Positions 58,186 to 64,000 of a stretch of DNA of 64,000 bases are shown piece after piece. The position numbers and the translations under genes are program-made. Source of the DNA: Perkinsela sp. CCAP 1560/9 (taxonomy: Eukaryota; Protista; Euglenozoa: Kinetoplastea). Position 1 is the stretch's first letter. Each line of letters begins with the position of its first letter. The notes under the pieces are model-generated. The model worked only from the letters and a program-made list of their open reading frames with translations, was not told the DNA's origin and ran no database searches. The DNA lies in NCBI GenBank assembly GCA_965644495.1, contig CBFFSA010000044.1:5983-69982 (forward strand). The letters run 5' to 3'.

Positions 58186-58216
<31 letters not shown>
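53682..58216 (+). mobile_element. Family A copy 3, full length, SL 53705-53740
   Basis: SL, intact 1288-aa ORF, structured 3'UTR 57707-57943, poly(A) 58188-58216. Confidence 0.94.
53784..57650 (+). CDS. Family A polyprotein: LsmAD-like, zinc fingers, RT, RLE
   Basis: WDQFQGNKHL..STYDEQLYTT; RT and RLE motifs as in copy 1. Confidence 0.94.
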   Translation: MTQTNTPQSPARSNEDHPSFHMSAKEGALSVGALADEERAHSLGSWDQFQGNKHLIRAVSTYDEQLYTTPIPANIPKEWLERARHISQEKETPDTGHVEAEDEEMQHCGVRRQKITHEATPTSKIPDEARTLKSAVKDALSHQGRNTSPSKGVTKADSRSSRRTPEPRTYFSSPRHAANQNNFAEKTQTREETRECPAMGCTWRSLPHGGSWQAFYNHVACRHGNGVPATWWDAEGRFLCNLCGRHYDINKREAHPQACKGNVANPQIPSRAAHSSDPSHLPGTQTHHSELPSLSSICTLRLNTCKDVPPRCRQLWGEIITKAAQNAVTENSTAAWTLFAMLPKCLLPAPHRGGRKNHTTYASYVQKCMNRWLAQDYVSLWNEAVDNALKKQSVAPTTVHDEEEKAAIRAELLARQGEYSRGMAALTADAMAPDDEDTLLKLQSKHPPRHPDSDIIDYTPPPTAPLIMDEPVVAKTIKSFHRGSSSGTMGLRPEHLQAVLLAHVDNTVKPLTSLKNLVNHLLAGKAPLEVQPYFAGARLCALEKGENDVRPIAAGETIRRLVSKAACNAVRSKAREFFKGLQFGVATPAGSERIIHTCRHAMTIHTDNPDMVLCKVDLSNAFNNVSRATFLKLVGEHFPELFPWASWCYTTTSALTYRDHTLLSDEGVQQGDPLGPLFFSLVSLELAKEIYHQADLDLQLWYLDDGILIGRAEDVRNSLDTIARVGPRWGLYLNMSKCEIITPPASANVVTIFPDIPDAKINVCGNFSVLGSPIGSPEYCTEYLLTHAVEPAEMALDAITRIRDPQVAMALIRQCAGFCKLVHALRTTPPQSVMNLCKRLDDFLMHAVESTLCPLPPSARAQIQRLKRHGGFGLKSATVHASSAYASSVVFAAATDSWDASEVEGFLQSIEDVNSKVGISLLDSNGLVRSIPRHKCEELSPKARFTKRSREGETRHPFEPANPPSLPRDRALPHSEDFPHDTNPLYASEDCVDAQPPDWASNSVPRQKDISYAISATEFSHAYENADARTRARWASQCGKGASSWAFVTPSRDTGHAFNPTEFRILSRWWLGVPVYGEEGTCPKGNCTLPLDIHGDHALTCKHGDGIIGRHNALADHFADTCSNARLAPQREKSLGNRGPGGALTRPGDVFLPSLFLGKPIVLDFAVTHAQQSKYTDTVRNASWVAAGSFAEHYASEQKVRQRRESEDAGSDFTAMVVESYGSWSASALAVLRKVGERRAKASNGILTDEASTLRLVTDMNVTLMRCQARMMITRLPAVDPLPPLIEQ

Positions 58217-58220
<4 letters not shown>

Positions 58221-61200
58221 TAGAAGATCTTTAACGATAAAGATACAGTTTCTGTACCTTGTTGAATTATTTTCTTTTCTTTATCTCACTCTTACGCGCC
58301 ATGGTTGTTTTAACTCGATCTAAGGCGAAGCAGGTCTCGAACTTCGAGCGCGAGGTGAAAGCACACACACTCGGCTGCTGGGACCAATTCGACGCAAACA
58401 AGGACCTTGTTAAAGGCAAGAGTACGTACCATGTAGACTTATACACTACACCCCTCCCACCTAATCCTTCAGCTGAATCTTTACGGCGAGCGGACGAGAT
58501 TGCACTCAGCATTACGAACTCTGTGGAAGGTGAGACCCCAGATACAGGGCAACAGCAGACAAGTACGGAAGAGGAACTTTTCTCCAGTGTCCGTCCAACT
58601 GAGGACTTCGAATTCCAGTTTGCGGGAGCAGAATCTTCTTCACTCAGCCTATCAAAAACCACAAATAAGGCTGTGAAGGAGAGGTGCGAACGACATATCC
58701 GGAGGTCATACGACAACGAATATAATTACGAAAAAGATAAATTGCTCTTCCCCGATCTCACTCCTGAAGACCTTACTGTGTCTGTGAATGGATGCGGAAA
58801 AGGACGGAAAAAGAAGAAGCGACCCAAGAGCATCTCCCTTTCCCAATTGTGTGCTGAGTCCGGGGCCGACAGCGACGACCGTGACACCGCACAATCAAGT
58901 TCCAACTCCCCTAGGCCATACACTCCTGAGGCTGAAAGTGACAGCAATCTGTCTGCGGCATCATCTCCGAAAAAACCGGACACAAAGCCCCATGCGGACA
59001 CTTCAGTAAGTCTCAAGCGACACCGACGCCCATTAACCTCCCGAAACGCCGAGTCATCTAAAAGCACGCCCGCCCCCATTATTAGCACACCAAGTCGGCC
59101 CAGGAAATGCCCCTTGGATTCATGTACCTGGGAAACAGGGCCGCACGGCGATCAATGGCAAGCCTTTTACAACCACGTGGCTAACAGACATGGGGAAGAA
59201 GTGGCGGAATCATGGTGGACAGAGGAGGGAAGATTCCTATGCCCTGGTTGCAAGAAGCACTACTCCATGCGCAAGCAAGCAACACACAAGATGCACTGCA
59301 GGTTTCGCACGCCGTCACCCAAACCTTCGCGTGGTTCCTCCGCTGGCTCCAAAGATTACCCCGTCCCGCCCCCAAATTCCGTTACTGAGCACCACCCTGA
59401 GCAGCAGCTTAGCGAGAACACTATGCAAGGCGCCCCAACAGTGGAAGATCTGCCGTCCCTATCATCAGTATGCGCCTTGTCCGTCAATACCTGCAAAAAT
59501 ATCCCAAACAGCTGTAAGCCTGAATGGGCGAAAACACTTACCGAATGCATGGCGGAGGCCGTACGTGACAACACCATCGAGGCTTGGACCCTGCTGGCTA
59601 TGTTACCTAAATGTGTAATTCCAGCACCACGACGCGGCGGGGACAAGGGTAAAGCCTCATACGCCTCCCACGTCCGCAAATGCCTTTCCAGATGGAAGAA
59701 CAAGGAATTTCTACCACTTTGGAACGAGGCGTTGTCAAGCCTGAAGCGTAAGCGGAAAAGTTCTCCACAGGCTCAGAGCATTGAAGAGGAGGATCAGAAA
59801 GCTGCGCTCCGAGCAGTACGCCTCGTGCGAGATGGTGAACTTTCCCGCGCAATGACTGCGTTGACATCCGAACCACTTGCCCCAAACGATGACACGACTT
59901 ATCAAAAGCTCCAGGCGAAACACCCGTCTCGACTTCTGGGTCCAAGTCCGATTACCACGCCTTCTTTGGATATTAAACCGATCACCGCAACCGAAGAGGA
60001 CATCATTACGGCGCTTTCCAGCTTTCACCGAGGTTCCTCAGGGGGAGCTCTCGGACTTCGGCCTGAGCACCTACAAGTAGCAGTGCAATTCCATCACGAC
60101 GCCAGGACAGATCCGCTCGGTACGCTCACGAAACTTATTAGTCATATGCTAGCGGGCAAAGTACCACTTGAAGTCCAACACTGTTTCGCCGGCGGACGCT
60201 TATGTGCTTTACACAAGGGTCAGGGTGATGTCCGCCCCATTGCCGCAGGGGAAACCTTCCGCCGACTAGCGAGCAAGATAGGATGTCTGTCTGCAAAGGC
60301 TAAATCCAGAACGCTCTTCAAAGATCAACAATATGGAGTGGCGACGCCCGCAGGAGCCGAACGTGTTATCCACATTTGCAGGCGCCTGGTTGCGCACCAC
60401 ATCAATAACGAGGATTTTGTGCTATGCAAGGTTGACCTTCGCAACGCTTTCAATCACATTTCAAGAAATAGCTTTATGGCCTTGACACGGCATCATTTCC
60501 CTGAGTTGAGCCCGTTCGTGGAATGGTGCTACAGTTCGGACAGTAACCTGACATTCGGCGCACGTGTAGTTCAATCCTCTGAAGGCGTACAACAAGGAGA
60601 CCCGCTCGGACCCCTTTTGTTCTCGCTCGTCATGAGAGAAATGGCCGCAGAAATTAAGGCCGGAGCTCCTGATCTTCATCTCAATCTCTGGTACCTTGAT
60701 GATGGCGTCCTTGCAGGCCAGGCTTCTGATGTACGTCACGCACTAGATATCATCGAAATTGGAGGGCCAAAGTGGGGTCTGAACCTCAATCCGTCCAAGT
60801 GCGAAATAATCACACACCCTTCCTCATCTCATCAAACTACCCACTTTCCTGACATTCCCGGGCTCAACATCAACATGGAAGGTAATCTGAGCATCTTGGG
60901 AAGCCCCATCGGATCTACGACGTACAGCCGTCAGTTCCTCCTCGACAGCGCGATTTCCCAGGCGGAGGAATCCCTTGAAGCGATCGAGAAACTGGAGGAC
61001 CCTCAGGTCGCTTTCTCTCTCATCCGACAGTGCACAGGGTTTTGCCAGATGGTTTACTCCCTTCGCACGACGCCGACGGACGAACTACTGGACTTATGTC
61101 GCAGACTCGACAACGCCGTTCAGCGTACGGTTGAAACGTTTTGTCGCCCACTGAGTGACATGGCTCGACGACAAGCACAAAGAAATAAACAGTTCGGCGG

Positions 61201-62737
61201 TCTCGGCCTTCGCTCAGCGGAAATGCATGCCACCTCAGCGTACGTAGCTTCAGTAGCTTTCGCTTCCGACAAGGATCGATGGGATGCAAATGAGACTGAG
61301 GGCTTTTCTTACGCCGTGGAGGACATTAACCGGCGTGTAGGGGGGTGTATGGTGGACAAATCTACCGGGAAAATCCACAAGGACTCCGTCATAAAGAGAT
61401 GCCCCTTCTCGCCCTCCCCCGATATTGACCTTTCTCAAGATTTGGCGATTCCTCGACAACGCGATCTCAGTCATGCGATTTCAGCGAGAGACTTTGAGGA
61501 AGATTACGCAAGAGCGGATCCCCGCACTCGGGCTAGGTGGCTCTCACAAACGGGCGACGGGGCATCCAACTGGGCCTTCACGGTTCCCTCGACTCTCTGC
61601 GGTCATGCCTACACCCCTACTGAATTTCGGACTCTGATTCGTTGGTGGCTCGGGGAGAGTATATACCCTCAAGGTCACAACTGCCCGATTCCGAATTGTC
61701 GCCTCCCACTCGGCCCTGGGGGGGACCATGCGCTAGCCTGCAAGTGCGGCCACGGAATCATTACAAGGCACAACGCCCTAGCGGAACAGTTCTCCGCTGA
61801 ATGCAGCAAGGCCGGGTTAAGCCCACAGAGAGAAGTCTCTCTGGGAAACAGGGGTCCGGGCGGCGCCCTCACGCGACCCGCAGATGTCTATGTCCGGAAC
61901 GGTGGTCTCGGTCAGGCCCTCGTCCTTGATTTCGCTGTCACACATGTTCAGCAACAAAAGTATACGGACCTGGTCCGTGATGCTAACATGGTGGCAGCCG
62001 GGTCATTCGCCGAGAGGTACGCCGTCGAACACAAGCGGAAGCAACGGGAGGAAGCTGAAGAAGCGAAGATCAAGTTCACAGCTATGGCTGTCGAAACATA
62101 CGGATGCTGGAGTCCGGCCGCTATGTCGGTCTTGCGGGAAGTCTCGAAAGGCCAAGCTGCGACCTCAGGTGGAACACTTTCGCAAGGGGGGGCGTTACAG
62201 CAAATACTAACAAGTCTGAACGTCACCCTCATGCGCTCCCAGGCGCGTATGCTCGTTCTTCGCCTCCCCTCGGCGAACACAGGCCCTGCACTTGTGGGGT
62301 ATGGCAAAGAAGAGTAAGGAAAACTTCTGGCCTGGATGTTGGTCGAGTCGACAGAGTCTATGCTCACGCCTAGCCCGCGAGGGCTAGGTACCCCAAGTGA
62401 GGTAGTACACGGGAAGTGAATCTCCTCCCCGTCGACCAGCATCCTGTTTCGCGACCGTGTCGCTGTCGACACAGGCCCGCGCCTGCGCCCTCCCATATAG
62501 CAAGGGACGGGTTCACAAGTCAGGCCGTGGAGAGGTCGAAAGACCCGGTCCGGAACGCGCGAATGGATTGGACGTGGATTGCTTGTTTTAGTTTTTACTG
62601 TTTCTTGTTTGTAGTATATACTTAGGGGAGATTAAATTGCTAGTTTTGGGCTGAGAAAAAACAAAAGGTACATCTGTGGAAACAAAAAGAATTGCTAATT
62701 TGATTGCTTGTTTTCAACTCGTATACCCCCCCAAAAA
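58217..62737 (+). mobile_element. Family D element, SL 58229-58264; 3' terminus shortened
   Basis: SL, intact ORF, C-type structured 3'UTR 62335-62566, ends at C7-A5. Confidence 0.9.
58301..62317 (+). CDS. Family D polyprotein: LsmAD-like, zinc fingers, RT, RLE
   Basis: First ATG after SL at 58301; WDQFDANKDL..STYHVDLYTT, GVQQGDPLGP, WYLDD, RPAD..LDFAVTH. Confidence 0.93.
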   Translation: MVVLTRSKAKQVSNFEREVKAHTLGCWDQFDANKDLVKGKSTYHVDLYTTPLPPNPSAESLRRADEIALSITNSVEGETPDTGQQQTSTEEELFSSVRPTEDFEFQFAGAESSSLSLSKTTNKAVKERCERHIRRSYDNEYNYEKDKLLFPDLTPEDLTVSVNGCGKGRKKKKRPKSISLSQLCAESGADSDDRDTAQSSSNSPRPYTPEAESDSNLSAASSPKKPDTKPHADTSVSLKRHRRPLTSRNAESSKSTPAPIISTPSRPRKCPLDSCTWETGPHGDQWQAFYNHVANRHGEEVAESWWTEEGRFLCPGCKKHYSMRKQATHKMHCRFRTPSPKPSRGSSAGSKDYPVPPPNSVTEHHPEQQLSENTMQGAPTVEDLPSLSSVCALSVNTCKNIPNSCKPEWAKTLTECMAEAVRDNTIEAWTLLAMLPKCVIPAPRRGGDKGKASYASHVRKCLSRWKNKEFLPLWNEALSSLKRKRKSSPQAQSIEEEDQKAALRAVRLVRDGELSRAMTALTSEPLAPNDDTTYQKLQAKHPSRLLGPSPITTPSLDIKPITATEEDIITALSSFHRGSSGGALGLRPEHLQVAVQFHHDARTDPLGTLTKLISHMLAGKVPLEVQHCFAGGRLCALHKGQGDVRPIAAGETFRRLASKIGCLSAKAKSRTLFKDQQYGVATPAGAERVIHICRRLVAHHINNEDFVLCKVDLRNAFNHISRNSFMALTRHHFPELSPFVEWCYSSDSNLTFGARVVQSSEGVQQGDPLGPLLFSLVMREMAAEIKAGAPDLHLNLWYLDDGVLAGQASDVRHALDIIEIGGPKWGLNLNPSKCEIITHPSSSHQTTHFPDIPGLNINMEGNLSILGSPIGSTTYSRQFLLDSAISQAEESLEAIEKLEDPQVAFSLIRQCTGFCQMVYSLRTTPTDELLDLCRRLDNAVQRTVETFCRPLSDMARRQAQRNKQFGGLGLRSAEMHATSAYVASVAFASDKDRWDANETEGFSYAVEDINRRVGGCMVDKSTGKIHKDSVIKRCPFSPSPDIDLSQDLAIPRQRDLSHAISARDFEEDYARADPRTRARWLSQTGDGASNWAFTVPSTLCGHAYTPTEFRTLIRWWLGESIYPQGHNCPIPNCRLPLGPGGDHALACKCGHGIITRHNALAEQFSAECSKAGLSPQREVSLGNRGPGGALTRPADVYVRNGGLGQALVLDFAVTHVQQQKYTDLVRDANMVAAGSFAERYAVEHKRKQREEAEEAKIKFTAMAVETYGCWSPAAMSVLREVSKGQAATSGGTLSQGGALQQILTSLNVTLMRSQARMLVLRLPSANTGPALVGYGKEE

Positions 62738-62858
62738 CTTATTTACTAGTTTTATAAAAATTTGCGAGAGAACAACCGATCTTTTTTTTTTTAAGACAAC
62801 GTTTTGTCATCAGGTAGATTTCTTCGTATTTCTTTTGTTAATGAATGTTAAAAAAACT

Positions 62859-62894
62859 CTTTAACGATAAAGATACAGTTTCTGTACCTTGTTG
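62859..62894 (+). other. Spliced-leader-like exon followed by a short C-rich segment
   Basis: Exact 36-nt match to the other SL copies. Confidence 0.85.
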
Positions 62895-63141
62895 AATTAT
62901 TTCCCCTTTTCTTCCATACACCATCTTCCAGACCATGGGAGGGCACCCCCCTCAAATACACTCCTTTTTGTCGGCATCCCCCTTCCCCGTCTCGTCCCAT
63001 CACCCCCCTGCGCCGCATCCCCCCACCTCACCCTCCCTCCGCAGTGCGCTTGCCCCCCTGTTGTGTTTCTCTCTCGCGTCCCCCACCCCCGTGTCAGCAG
63101 CCAAAAGTATACAATACTTGCTCACGGGGTGGGGTTTTTAT

Positions 63142-63177
63142 CTTTAACGATAAAGATACAGTTTCTGTACCTTGTTG
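63142..63177 (+). other. Spliced-leader-like exon
   Basis: Exact 36-nt match. Confidence 0.85.
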
Positions 63178-63210
63178 TCTCTTTTTCCTTTTCTTATTCT
63201 CTCACCCTTC

Positions 63211-64000
63211 ATGGGCATGTTCACCCGGAGCCGCGCGAAGGAGACGGGAGTAGCTCCCGTTGTCCAGCCGCTGCCGCCGACCCGCCGGAAGAAAAAATAC
63301 CCTTTAGGGCGGGCGCCATCGTCGGGCGCTTCTCCTCCACCGACGTCGCCTCCACCGCCGCCGCGCGAGCCGTCAATTCCTCTGCCGTCACCTCCTCCTA
63401 CTCCGCTGCGTGCGCCATCACCACCTCCAGCGCTGCCGCTCCCAATGTCGCCTCCTCCTCTGCCGCGCGCGCTGTCGTTCCCTACGACGCGATCGCCTTC
63501 CCCTCCTCCCGCCGCGCCACCTTCTACTCCCCCCTTAGCGCCGCCTTCTCCTCCCGCCGCGCCTTCTCCCCCTCCAGCCGCGCTGCCTTTGTCACAATCA
63601 CCGAGTCGCCATCCGCTTGCGACGCTTTCCACGGAAGAAAACTCGAAGTCCAAAGTGAGTTGTCGAAGTCCAAAGTTGCCACTGCCATTGCCAGTACCCA
63701 GAAAAATTAAAATCGTATCATCTACGCGCGAATTGATCAACTTCAGCCGAAATCGGGCCACACGAAATGCGACGACTGCGGACGACGTGGGATCGAGAAA
63801 GGACCGAGAGAGGGACGAGGAAGGAAAGATGTGCGGAACAAGGCCAGGAGCAACAACGCCAGGAAGTAACAAAAACTGCAACAATCGGACCCCAGACAGT
63901 CGAGCAGAAGATAACCGAGTAAGAGACATAGAAGGGGAGATCAATACTGCCCCACGAAAGCCAAAGTTTCTGAACCGTCCGAAGCGCAGACCGAAGCTCA
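63211..64000 (+). CDS. Pro-rich N-terminus of an SL-led ORF running off the window (probably another element)
   Basis: First ATG after SL; frame MGMFTRSRAKETG..PSPPP..PRKIKIVSS.. stays open to the window end; KIKI motif resembles PKIKIIGS of the 11650 ORF. Confidence 0.6.
   Translation, partial: MGMFTRSRAKETGVAPVVQPLPPTRRKKKYPLGRAPSSGASPPPTSPPPPPREPSIPLPSPPPTPLRAPSPPPALPLPMSPPPLPRALSFPTTRSPSPPPAAPPSTPPLAPPSPPAAPSPPPAALPLSQSPSRHPLATLSTEENSKSKVSCRSPKLPLPLPVPRKIKIVSSTRELINFSRNRATRNATTADDVGSRKDRERDEEGKMCGTRPGATTPGSNKNCNNRTPDSRAEDNRVRDIEGEINTAPRKPKFLNRPKRRPKL

Overview
Eukaryotic nuclear DNA, most likely from a kinetoplastid or diplonemid given the spliced-leader-like sequence. It consists almost entirely of site-specific-type (RT + restriction-like endonuclease) non-LTR retrotransposons of the CRE clade, stacked head-to-tail and joined by poly(A) tails. 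There are three blocks: mostly + strand (1-~12.2 kb), - strand (~12.2-47.5 kb) and + strand (~48.5-64 kb). I distinguish families A (3 copies), B (6 near-identical copies), C1, C2, D and E, a divergent lineage F, and several fragments; these family labels are my own. Most notable observations: (1) every 5'-intact copy starts with a 36-nt spliced-leader-like exon (CTTTAACGATAAAGATACAGTTTCTGTACCTTGTTG) fused directly to a short 5'UTR with no SL intron. (2) Families A, D and E carry an N-terminal Ataxin-2/Pbp1 LsmAD-like domain, whereas family B has two HFM1/Mer3-like Cys/His knuckles plus a hydrophobic, possibly transmembrane, segment. (3) A ~235-nt covarying RNA structure is shared in the 3'UTRs of several families. 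(4) Portable 3'-terminal modules sit behind internal poly(A) tracts. (5) Two ~420-460 bp unique inserts share a motif resembling kinetoplast minicircle CSB-3. No ordinary host genes were confidently found. All domain calls are by eye; no searches were run.
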